From Cenococcum geophilum (Eukaryota): a stretch of DNA of 64,000 nucleotides. Location: NCBI GenBank assembly GCA_050273025.1, contig CP158635.1:32054001-32118000 (forward strand). The letters run 5' to 3'. The notes beneath the pieces were generated by a model. The model was not told where the DNA came from. It saw only the letters and a program-made list of their open reading frames with translations, and did not search any database. Position numbers and translations under genes: made by a program. Positions 53,132 to 63,298 of this stretch are shown one piece after another. How positions within the stretch are numbered: the stretch's first letter is position 1; each line of letters begins with the position of its first letter.

Positions 53132-53370
53132 CAGTTATCAGTCAAGGGATAGTGGTATTCAACAGAGTCTACAACCGTACGTTGTTCTTGGCGACCTTTA
53201 AGGTCTCCCAAACTCCTTACTATCGCGCGATCTCTTTATTGTATTCACTAAAAGCTTGCAAAGAGGCTTCCTACTCAAAAGCTTCTTAATTTAGCTCTTC
53301 CCTCCTGCCTCTAAGTATGCAGAGCAAGTTATCTGCTTCGTATTAATTCTAACTAGTTTACCGCACGATT

Positions 53371-55140
53371 TCAGGAGCGGGATGGGATGAAAGCTTTGAG
53401 ATACTCCCTCAAACCGGGATCGCACGCATAAACGTACGTTCCCCGGATCCCACGCGTCATGAGCACGGCATAGATCTGCGTGATGAATCGCAGCAGGTCA
53501 TCGTCCGAGTAGGTCCTGCCGAGAGCCGGGTTGTTCTCCTTGCCCTTCTTGTCAAAATACGAGTCGCGATCAATGAAAAGACGCCTTCGTTCTGGGTCGA
53601 ATCGCAGATCAGGACCAATGATGACGCCAACGTAGTTTAGGTCGTATCCCTGAACCGTATGAATCGATCCCACTTCCTCGAGCGCGTTGCTTGAAGCAAT
53701 CCAGTCGGTCGGGGTGCTGTTCCAGCAGAGCCGCGTCAGGCCGATTTCGATGTCGAACGCGTTCTTGTCCCTTTTGGTCTTCCACTCCCATGCATACCCA
53801 GCGACCATGCGTGAAAGGCCCACTTCGGCGTTGCGTCGGAAAATTTCATCTCGCATGTGTGCAACACTGTCGAACGCGCGGAAATCATATTCCCCGAAAT
53901 CTCGTCTCACTCGTGGAAATGAGAGAGGGCGAGAATCGAGAATCCAGCGAACGTAAGACACGAAGTCCGATCCCGCTTGTACGCGCATCTGAGTCCGAAG
54001 CTGAAAATGCCGCTCCGACGCACGAGTATCAGCAACGAGGTCCAACAGCAGCTCCGAGGGTAGATCGGCTGGTCGAACACTCTGCGCTGCGTCTAAAAGG
54101 AAGATCTGGTGTCGGCTCTTCGCCCGTATCCAATCAAGTTGAGTCTTGCTGGTATCGTCGCTGCCAAAAAGCTCTCTTGTGATGGTTGCGAACTTGGCGT
54201 TGAGCACTCCCGATGGTTGGTTAGCACGTTGATTAAGCCGATGAGTCTCGTCAACCAATAGCAGATCGAAAATTCCATCGAATTGTCCCACGTCGAAGGG
54301 TGTCATGACCATTGAGGGGTTAAGCCCAGGCGTCTTCCGGAAGACCTTCTTGATGGAGTCTCGCAACGATTGCTGCGGCACAACCAGGCCGATGCGGAGA
54401 CCCTGGAGTAGCCTCTGATTGGTTTCGGTGAAGAAGTTAGAGAATCGCGAGTCGCTGTCCAGATCTTCAAGTGAAGTGAATGTCTTGATGTCGACGAGCA
54501 ATTTGATCATATATATGGCCACGACCGTCTTGCCAGTGCCCGGATCGCCCTGGATCACAATCATGCTTTTGGCGTCTCTCTCGACGTCAATGAGGAACCC
54601 CTTGACGATTTCCTCTACCGAAGTTGCTTGATCTTCCGTCAACGCCTTGAATGGTGACAACTTGAAGAGGACGCTGTTTTCGATTTCGGGGATACTTCGC
54701 GTGAAGATGCCATCAGCCTTGAGTCGTTCGAAGATATTGCGGAAGCCCTCGCGATACATCTCGCGTTGGTAGTATTTGGACTCCGTGATCCCGTTGTTTC
54801 GGTTGAGCACCCGATTGGCACCGTCGCCGGCCAACATTCTGATGAGGTAGGACTCCAAGTCAAGGCAGACCGACTTGTTGAACCTTTCATCGATGATAAC
54901 GCGAATATTCTTGAGGTGCTGTTTCGCGGGTGTTTCGAGATGCTGACGCAGTCGGCCTGCGGCATTGAGCGATTCCCCAACGTAGATGTCCCTTAGTCTG
55001 TTCGGATTGGCCTGTGCGGTGTCACGGCCATCGTCCAATACATACACGACAGGCCAGTTGCCATGTTTCTCGTCGTGGAGCTCCCACGTTGTAACGGCAG
55101 CTTTGGAGAATTCAAGCCGCGCCATGTTGGAGTTCATCAT
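53371..55140 (-). CDS. GIY-YIG nuclease fused to a DUF2075 (Schlafen group 3-like) DNA/RNA helicase, bacterial type, about 589 aa (alternative start 55125)
   Basis: Intronless ORF. GIY-YIG-like VVYVL..IYVGES..RLRQH..LESYLI..N; Walker A IQGDPGTGKT; Walker B LLLVDETHRL; Q/R motif LRTQMRV; VGSIHTVQGYDLNYVGVIIGPD; YAVLMTRGIRGTYVY. The first ATG in the open frame is at 55140. Confidence 0.88.
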   Translation of the reverse strand: MMNSNMARLEFSKAAVTTWELHDEKHGNWPVVYVLDDGRDTAQANPNRLRDIYVGESLNAAGRLRQHLETPAKQHLKNIRVIIDERFNKSVCLDLESYLIRMLAGDGANRVLNRNNGITESKYYQREMYREGFRNIFERLKADGIFTRSIPEIENSVLFKLSPFKALTEDQATSVEEIVKGFLIDVERDAKSMIVIQGDPGTGKTVVAIYMIKLLVDIKTFTSLEDLDSDSRFSNFFTETNQRLLQGLRIGLVVPQQSLRDSIKKVFRKTPGLNPSMVMTPFDVGQFDGIFDLLLVDETHRLNQRANQPSGVLNAKFATITRELFGSDDTSKTQLDWIRAKSRHQIFLLDAAQSVRPADLPSELLLDLVADTRASERHFQLRTQMRVQAGSDFVSYVRWILDSRPLSFPRVRRDFGEYDFRAFDSVAHMRDEIFRRNAEVGLSRMVAGYAWEWKTKRDKNAFDIEIGLTRLCWNSTPTDWIASSNALEEVGSIHTVQGYDLNYVGVIIGPDLRFDPERRRLFIDRDSYFDKKGKENNPALGRTYSDDDLLRFITQIYAVLMTRGIRGTYVYACDPGLREYLKAFIPSRS

Positions 55141-55447
55141 ACTTTCTGCTGCTTCCTCGGGCCTTGTCCACGGGATACTTCTTGCGCGTGATTTCGAGCT
55201 TCTCCAGCACAATCTGCTCAGGATCGGCTCCGATGCGATTAGCGAGAAGTAGACAGTAGGTCAGTACGTCTGCAAGTTCTTCGCGTACGCGCTTCGGGTC
55301 AGCTTCGCCGCCCCACTGGAAGCACTCGAGTAGTTCGCCGGCTTCGATCGCAACGCTCTTGGCGAGGTTCTCCGGAGTGTGGAACTGCGCCCAATCGCGT
55401 TCAGCGACGAATGCCGCGAGGGTGTCGTGGACTGCCTTGCTAACCAT
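55112..55447 (-). CDS. MazG-like (dCTP pyrophosphatase-type) nucleotide pyrophosphohydrolase, about 111 aa (in-frame upstream ATGs at 55492/55489)
   Basis: FVAERDWAQFHTPENLAKSVAIEAGELLECFQW..VREELADVLTY..KLEITRKKYPVDKARG..KY with the MazG EXXE..EXXD acidic motif; overlaps the start of the helicase gene. Confidence 0.9.
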   Translation of the reverse strand: MVSKAVHDTLAAFVAERDWAQFHTPENLAKSVAIEAGELLECFQWGGEADPKRVREELADVLTYCLLLANRIGADPEQIVLEKLEITRKKYPVDKARGSSRKYDELQHGAA

Positions 55448-55761
55448 TGGGTTCACAGTAGAGACGAGTGTCGTCCAAGCCTGTATCATCATAGGTAAGT
55501 TGTTGAAACGCCATCTTCGCAGATTATAACTTGCCGATGAGAGCTCTGCTCTAAGTCGACTAGTTTATGGTAATATCAGGGGGGGAAATACCTAGAGTCG
55601 ATAGTATGACAGCACTCTTTGGAGGAGTAGAACTAGTATCTGGGAAATCATAACGGTGGAGGTTGCAACTCAGAGCCAGATTGCGAGAATGTTCTAAAAA
55701 GCAATTCTTGGGTCGAAGTTCAATGCTCTTACGTAAATCAACAGAAATAACGCCGATTGCC

Positions 55762-56090
55762 TTATCTTAGGTGCCTCAGCCGATAATAGGCCCACCCCTT
55801 TGCATAACTTCTTACTAATCCTCAGCTCCACGTGCCCTAACAATCCTCTACAAAGCGTCTTAAGAGATTATAGGCGCACGTTTGCTATAAACCGGGCGGT
55901 TTTTTAACTATAGGTTATTTTTAAACAGCTATAACGGGACTAACCCAGTAGCTATAATCGCGGTTGTTAATACATTTAAATCTTAATCTTTTCTACTTAT
56001 ATATTCTACTTTATTTGGCCAGCTAGCCTGCGTATTAGGGAGCGATATATAGCCTTAAAATTTTGCCAAGGAAGTTTAAACCCAGGCCTG
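55762..56090 (-). mobile_element. Degenerate inverted copy of the Academ-like right end
   Basis: TTATCTTAGGTGCCTCAGCCG is the reverse complement of the 52477-52497 end (one C>T); 55845-55945 match the reverse complement of ~48735-48830. Confidence 0.65.
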
Positions 56091-56095
56091 CCTAA

Positions 56096-56339
56096 CTAGC
56101 TCTTCGGGGAAGAAAAAATTGGCTGAAATTGGCACTTGCGCTAACACTAAATCATAGACACTTAAAACTCCCCTACTACCATATATAAAATTATATGCTA
56201 AGAGTAGGACTTGTAGAGAAGCGTTCTGCAATTCTAATGCACTAAACCGTATAAAAATTTAATAAGCAGTTGTTTTAATATTGAATAAAATGTGTTATAT
56301 GCCAATTTCGGCCGCTTTTTTCTTCTCCGAAGAGACTAG
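56096..56339. mobile_element. MITE-like element (~245 bp)
   Basis: About 40-bp imperfect TIRs: CTAGCTCTTCGGGGAAGAAAAAATTGGCTGAAATTGGCA and TGCCAATTTCGGCCGCTTTTTTCTTCTCCGAAGAGACTAG; AT-rich interior. Confidence 0.65.
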
Positions 56340-56621
56340 CTACATCGGAACCTTAATCGCATTTCCCTACCAGTAAGCAAGTGGTCTGTGGGCGAACACC
56401 ATTTTCAAAATAACGTGTGTATATCAATATAATCAACTATCAATTACGCCACTACCATGCCTCGAAAACGTGCTAGAATTGATGCAGATCTATCAAAAGC
56501 CTCATATATCTAAGCACCGGAGGGGGGTCCCGTGTACTGATTGGTCAGATTCTTAGAACGAAAACCGACGTTGCAAGGGATAGGCTTTATGAACGTAAGA
56601 GCCAATGTAAGGTAGCCAGAA

Positions 56622-58765
56622 TCAGGCCCTGCTTTCAAAAACCGCCGCAGCACTCTCCAGAGCACCATTGAACTCTTTTACTTTCTCTAATAGACCGCCA
56701 CCATCTGATCCCACGTCCCTTGCCCGGTTTTCGAGTAGCATCTCCAACGGCATCTTGGGACCTTCATTCTCTCTTCCTTCTTTCTCAGCATTTTCCTTAC
56801 CTCTCAGCACCGCGGCCTCGATATCGAACATCGCTGCATTGATATCATCTCGTTCTTTCTTGGATCTCACCCGCTCCCTATGTTCAGTCCTGATTTCGTC
56901 CATTTTTAAGGCTAAATCTTCTCTCTGCTTCCTAATCGATAGGAACTCTTCTCTAAGCCTTAGCTTCTCCCTTAGGACCCCTTTCAACCGCCCCTTTAGC
57001 GCTGTACCCGCATCTACCGCTTCTGTAAGTTCAAATAGTCGATCTGAGAGTGAGGCGTTAAACAGCTGTACCACGCCTCGTTTACGCTTAAGTTCAGAAC
57101 GCACGGTTTGACTGACGGCGACTTGAGATTGTTCATGGAATTCTGTAATCCGGTGGGACAGTATCTCTTCTGTGATCTGGGCAAGGACATCAACCGCATT
57201 GACGCCCGGAAGACGGATCGAGGAGTTTATAGCTGCTGCAGCAACATATGCACTGTCTTCACCGCCTTCGATATCAGTGTGAGAGCGGGGCTTGGGGTGA
57301 AATAGACGGTAGATTGTTATTGGGATAGCAGCGTCACCGCCTCTCTGGCGTTTTTTCTTGGGCTTGGAGCTAGTCGATGGCTTCGGACGTTTTGGTCGTC
57401 GAGTATGTGCATTTTCAGTGACGGTAGCAGATTGGTGGAGCTCTCCACGTTCCTGGAGTGTTTCAGTCGCCACCACTTTCATTGGACGTCTACGATGATA
57501 GTTAACATCTTCATCTTCGGAAGCATGAAGCTCGTTGTCTCCGTCCGAACCAGGCTTCAGCAGTGGCGCTGGCGCTCGTAGTGACGGTCCAGAGAGGGTT
57601 TGATGTCTATCGTTTCTCCGTCGTATTCTATCATTTTCCGGCGATAATTCGTCAAAATCCTCCGCTCCATCCCCTTTTGCGACATTTCCAGTCTCTAACT
57701 CCCCCACTACAGGCTCGGCGGACTTTCTTCCTCTCTGCTTCCCCGGTGTATGTTGACTTTTGTCTGGAGACAGCTCATCACCACTTTCGTTATCCTCTTG
57801 CGCGGTAGCTTGTGGATCAGGTTTCAATAGCGCTGAATGACGAGCGCCGCCCCTATTGGGTATCAGCTGTTTTGTTTGTGACCGGGTAGTGCGATTTGAG
57901 TTTCCGATTCTGGCTAATTCTCCCTGTTGCCTACTTCGTTTTTGCAAGGGAGCAGGGGTATTATCTTCAATGGCGGCTAGCGCTTGGCGTAGTCGATGGC
58001 TCTGAAGGGGATCTTCATGCTCATTGATGTTCGGAGTTGCTGGCGTAGCTTCTAATGATTTTGACAATCTCTCCCGCCGTTTCTGATCACTTGACACAAA
58101 ATGATTCTCATCATTCTCCTCAAGCTCATCCGGTACATCATCGCGATCGGTCATTGATTTTGGGGTTGTGGTAGATCTTGCTCTCGTAGCCCCACTCTTC
58201 TGGGCAGATGTTCTGTGTTCATCGTCTTGCTCCAATTCGTCCTGTTCTAAATCCTGCGCAGCTTTTGCTTCTTGCTTGCCTCTTTTCCTTTTACCAGTTA
58301 CAGTGGGCGTAACAAACAACAATGGGCTTTTCGGTTTGGGGTTTTTGATCGACTTCAATTTCCCCGTTTGCGCGCTGCTGTGAATCGGAACCGAAGCGCT
58401 CCGGCTTTGTCGGGGAGATTCACCTCGCTTTTGTATGCTCGCCTCAACTGGCGTTCTGTGCAATGACGGTCGTGGTGGAATGGTTTTAGGTGTTTGACTA
58501 GAGGAGGGGCGTGGAGGTAGAGGTTGTGGAGTCCGACGCGATGAGCGCTGTGCAGGCAGCGAAGGTGCGCCAAATTTAAAACCAAAGTTAACGTTCTGCA
58601 GCTGTTGGGTACTATTATATAGTCAATAAGAAGCCGCTTAAAGTGATCCTTAGATGGCATACCCAGCTCCACGCTGGCGCATTCGGCGGCGCTCTTCTCG
58701 GTCTAGATGAGGGTTGGTTAGCGCTTCCTATAGAGCTACCTTGTGCACATACCTTTAGGTGCCAT
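56622..58765 (-). CDS. Probable inner-kinetochore AME1/CENP-U-like protein, about 680 aa; exons 58765-58753, 58702-58663, 58611-56622
   Basis: Spliced N-terminus MAPKDREERRRMRQRGAGTQQLQNVNFGFKF (GTATGT/GTATGC donors, TAG acceptors, frame kept); long disordered middle; C-terminal VNAVDVLAQ.. plus coiled coil, recalled as typical of fungal CENP-U-domain proteins. Confidence 0.7.
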
Positions 58766-58951
58766 AATTGAAATACTATGAAATAATGTACTAGTTGCGG
58801 GAGCGCGTCATGATTTCCGGGCGGCGGACGCGCTCGCCATACACACAAACACCATCGGTGAAATGATATTCCATCCCCGTTCTGTGAAAGTTCCGAAGTT
58901 TCAATTGCACGTCACCTCTCTTAATAACCTGGTATCCCCGCTACTGTTGCT

Positions 58952-59959
58952 ATGGGTTGGTGGTGGAAGAACTCTGATGGCCCATCGGAGAATGATGCTG
59001 TCAGCAAGCTTGATCCTGCCCTCCGCCAATTTCTCGATAAAGAAGCTCCTGTAAAATACACACCTAGCTCTCCTCCAGATTCGTATTCTCCGCAATCACC
59101 ACTTGCACAAACCCCTCAACCTATACAAGTGGTACACAAACCACCTTCTGAGGATGATTCGAATCCAAAAGTCCCAAGCGAATCGCTTTTTCCGGACGGC
59201 CGATATGCGCACCTTTGGAAAACTTACGAGCCCCAATCGGTCATCGAGTCTAGGGGGAAGTCAGACCAAGAAAGGTTATCTGATATCGTCGGCGTCTACA
59301 ATGATCGAAAGGCCTCTGTTGGCCGAATAGCTCTCGAAAATTGTGCCTTGGAACAGTTAGCGGTCTCCGAATGTTTCACTTATGGCTCTTGGGCATCACG
59401 CGCAACATTATGCAGGACAGAGAACAGAGCTTTTGATCGATGCTATGACATGCAAAAGAAGTTTCTAAAAGCATTAGGATATTTAAACATCGTAGACAGA
59501 TCAGTGGAAGAAGAGGAGAAAATTCAAATTCATGCGGATAAGTTGTATCGACGGATGATTGAGCAAGAGGAAATTATGCAAAAGGCAAAGAAGGAGGGAA
59601 GGCCAATACCGGAATTCCCGTCTGTCATGTCTAAAGAGAATATCTTTGCCGCAGTGAATGGAAGGCCACTCATCACCGATCCGGAAGGTCCATCAACACC
59701 TTCATGCGAGCACACTTCCACCATCTGGGAAGGCGTAGCCGAGTCAACACGGAAAGAGTATGAGAAACGGCTAGAAAACCTATCGCCCATCGAGAGAGCA
59801 GTGGAAGAGAGGGCTATAGAAGGAGAGCTGGCGGCTACAAGGGCATATAGCAAACAGATTGAAGCAGAGTTCATCAAAGAAAGAATACATAGGTTGCAGC
59901 GGAAAGAGGAGGGAAGAGAAACAATCGGCGACACTATTAAGGGGTGGTGGGGGTGGTAG
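58952..59959 (+). CDS. Conserved fungal protein with twin CX9C motif, 335 aa
   Basis: Intact single-exon ORF; CALEQLAVSEC and CRTENRAFDRC; Trp-rich ends (MGWWW.., ..GWWGW). Confidence 0.8.
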   Translation: MGWWWKNSDGPSENDAVSKLDPALRQFLDKEAPVKYTPSSPPDSYSPQSPLAQTPQPIQVVHKPPSEDDSNPKVPSESLFPDGRYAHLWKTYEPQSVIESRGKSDQERLSDIVGVYNDRKASVGRIALENCALEQLAVSECFTYGSWASRATLCRTENRAFDRCYDMQKKFLKALGYLNIVDRSVEEEEKIQIHADKLYRRMIEQEEIMQKAKKEGRPIPEFPSVMSKENIFAAVNGRPLITDPEGPSTPSCEHTSTIWEGVAESTRKEYEKRLENLSPIERAVEERAIEGELAATRAYSKQIEAEFIKERIHRLQRKEEGRETIGDTIKGWWGW

Positions 59960-60360
59960 GAGGAACTACTGTGGGTTAGGGCATATACTGGACGCAGCAT
60001 TGACAATGAGAGATCAAGAGATTTGGGTCTATGTTAAATTTTGACTAATCTTTATTACGATCATGTTGGAAGACTGTCCCCAATTTGGACTGTACATAGG
60101 GCTGGATAACCATGTAGCAAAGGCCGTGTATGAAAAATGAAATATACAAGAAGGAAAGAAGAATTGAATTCAAGTATCTGAAGCCTATCTAATATTCGGA
60201 TAGCCTGTTGGACTTCTGTTACTGTCAGCACCGTCTGTACTACTTGCCGTGTCTGATCTGTCCTGCCCGCCTGAATCTCTATTACATGGAAAGGAAGAAG
60301 GTATATCTATTGAGCCACAATCCACGTGACATTCCGTTCGGAATCTTCCACACCACCACA

Positions 60361-60625
60361 CTAGTATACTTCATTTGCGGCTCCATCCCTTAGCAGGGAC
60401 TAAAGGCTGAAACGCAAGGGCTGAAAGAAGAGCTGATTCTTGAGAAGAAAGAGACGACATCGATCCAGGAACTCTGCGAGAGTCTGCCCGAAGAGTTCGC
60501 GATGTATTTCAAGCACGTCCGCTCCCTCAGCTTTAACCAGACTACTAATTATGGATATCTACACGACTTATTCAGCAAACTCTTACGCCGCAAAGGTTAC
60601 GAATACGATCACGTTTTCGACATAG
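60361..60625 (+). pseudogene. Casein kinase I-like C-terminal fragment
   Basis: LVYFICGSIP*QGLKA..ILEKKETTSIQELCESLPEEFAMYFKHVRSLSF..YGYLHDLF..KGYEYDHVFD; the conserved PWQG Trp codon is TAG (60391-60393); N-lobe absent. Confidence 0.75.
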
Positions 60626-60857
60626 CAGAGCTGAAATTCTTGGAGCGTCGCAGGGAAAGGAGAAAAATATGAGGAGGGGATGAAGTTTCTGGCAGCTGAG
60701 GCCATATGCGCACGATTGGGTTGGCCGAGCAAATAAATACTAGTTGCAGCGCTCAGCGCTGACCCATGTTTGCCGGAATGGAGTTGAGTACCTGTTGCTC
60801 ACAGGAAATTGTAAATCACGATAACCCTACAGCCCAACGCCGCCTATCCGAGCGAAA

Positions 60858-62275
60858 TCACCCTAATAACTCAGGAGGTATATCTGCAAACTTAAAGAAG
60901 TTGTGCTCCAACACGCGCCCAAGACTTACTCGTCCCTGCTGGTCCTGGACGAGCATATGACAGAGTAGTCCTGCTAAGTAGTCATTTTCTTCCTCGTAGT
61001 CAAGAACGGAATGTCGTGAAAGAAACTCCCATAGATATTCATACTGTTCGTCGGGGGTTTTGGCTGGAGAGAATGGAAATTAGCATATGGAACTAACTGG
61101 TGGGATAATCATTCGCTGTACCGAAAAATGATGATTGCTTTTTGCCCACGGGAATTGAGAATGGCGGATGTGTAGTTACAAGCTCGAACATCTATTAACG
61201 AGTTAGGACTAGGGTATGAGAAGTAATAAAGTGCTAAGGGATCTTACTAGACAGCCTATACTCCAGATATCTGATTGCATAGTAGCAGCCTGTTCTGCCA
61301 ATAGCTCTGGAGCTCTAGAAGTTACGTGATTCGCTACGCCCTTCTTGCATCCAGAGAAAGCTGTTGCCGTTTTAATGTCAGTTTCTAAGCCCCCGCTATA
61401 GTTGCTTTTGGCGGAATGGAGTTTTAGACTAACCTTCTCCAAGATCAATTATCTTAACCTTTGATGGATCAACCAGGTCCTTAAACGAAACTGATAAGAA
61501 AAGACGCTCTGGCACTCCAGCTGGTAAAGCAGACCCATCTCTTGACAAGACTAATCCGCTCCGGTGATCACCAAGAAAACGTTGCATGGACTCTTTTGTG
61601 AAACTAGAAATATCTGATAGACCAAGTACGAAGTTCGCTGAACAGACATCTGTTATTGCACAATGATATTAGCATATTGTCTAGGGTTCCGTTAGTGTTG
61701 GCTTGAAGTGACTGACCACCATGAGCAAATCCGCTATCGTGTAGGGTCTTCAGCGCTGTTACGCACTGTCTACTTAGATCTATTGCAGTATTTGAGTCTA
61801 GCATTCCATACCATAATGACTCAACGTAATCTCTAATTGACGGCCCGGTGACTTCCATGACGAGACAAAGGTGATATCCGTTGGGAGATTGAGTCCAGAA
61901 ATTACCCAGATACTGAACAATTGTCGCATATCGAGCAGATTGAAGAATCGCCAGCTCAGAGTTGGTTTTACTACTTTTTTCGCTTTTCAGGATTTTCACT
62001 GCCACCCAGCTGTTGTATGTTCTACCATGTCGACGATTATTAAGTTAGCAAGCAAACATAGCATCAGAAGCAGGAAAGTCGTACGTTACAGACACGTCTT
62101 TAGCCAACCAAACAGTAGAATATCCACCGTGACCAAGTTTAGCGATAACCTCGTACTTATCATCTAGCATCTGGCCAATGGCGATCGGACAAAACCCGCC
62201 TATGCGGTAGCCTTCTACCTTTTCCACCCCTTCAATGTATTGGCATCTGTATTGCGGTAGCGAATTCGGAGCCAT
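60858..62275 (-). CDS. SRPK-like (CMGC) Ser/Thr protein kinase, divergent, about 6 exons
   Basis: EGYRIGGFCPI..KLGHGGYSTVWLAKD; WVAVKIL; HLCLVMEV; HG|DVCSAN; KIIDLGE; RAPEL; DIWSIGCL; MLVQDQQGRVSLGRVLEHNFF. GT-AG introns can join all subdomains up to TGA at 60858. Confidence 0.7.
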
Positions 62276-63298
62276 TTTTATTTCATCAAATTAGATAAGT
62301 CTTTGATGCTAGTTTCTGAGGATGGTAATCGTGGCGATGGTGGACTGGTAGTGATGCAAGAAGCAAGGAAAGCAGGCATATGGTTTGACCTCTTCACTGC
62401 CTTTGCGCCCAGACCTAGTTAGGCAACAGGGTGGTAGGCAAAGGTCGACAAAAACGTGGTAAAAGTACTCCAGGGGAACCCGAACGGCGTAGCGGCGCGG
62501 CGAATCCGGCGAAGCTACAATTCCTCCAAAAGGTAGACGCCCGGACCGACCAGGCAGCACCAGTCCTATTCAGGCAGACCGTTGAGTTGCTTAACCCGCC
62601 TCAGCAGAGCAGAATCCGGCGTTCATTTTAGACTACTCGATTACCATGTCACAGTCTCGGTGGTGACATTACTTTGGGAACGTCGAACCAAAATGTCTGC
62701 TGGTAAATCGTGGGACTGGGCTTGACTATGAACCATTAGCAGAAATTCGATCAAAAGGAATTCAATGGCAAGATTCTGGGATATGCAAAGGAAATAACAG
62801 TAGGAAAAGGGCCTGTTCCAAGGTGCTCAAGCTAAAAAGAGAATAAACTTATCCGAAATGGAGACTTGAGAGGCCAAGGTTTTGCTTGTCTGAGAGTAGT
62901 GAAATTGTAGGACTAAGACTAAGACAAAGGTAGAGGTAGGGGCAAAAGTGTGGTTAATGGCGAAAGCGAGGTCATCGGTACACGCTCTTTCCCTTAATGA
63001 CAGCCGCAGAGCTACCAAAATGCTCTGGTAGTAATGAGACTTTCTCCCTTAGTGCTTCCCTACGGTCCGTAGTGACCCACATAGTCCTCCATAGCTTTTA
63101 GATAACTACTTTGTGAGTAGGCCTAATCCATACTTCAACAAATCAAAATCACATAATATACATGCGTGCATGATCATAGGTGTTTTAATGCCAATAACTT
63201 TAGTTACCCGTTAACTGCTTGACATAATTGCCGAGTGAAGGAGAATGAGATGGCAGACTTCCCAACGAGAAAAGTCACATATTCTGCCAAACGTCACG

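Noticed and set aside
55141..55212. N-terminal extension MCWRSSK.. of the 613-aa ORF
   Set aside because: Starts at a non-ATG codon inside the mazG-like gene; the first ATG is at 55140. Relevant only if frameshifting occurs
53371..55447. Bacterial contamination as the explanation for the operon
   Set aside because: No gaps, fungal RIP-type repeats directly on both sides, no further bacterial genes; disfavoured, but only reads can exclude it
52560..55782. Composite transposon formed by the two Academ termini around the operon
   Set aside because: The termini are in direct rather than inverted orientation and no shared TSD was found
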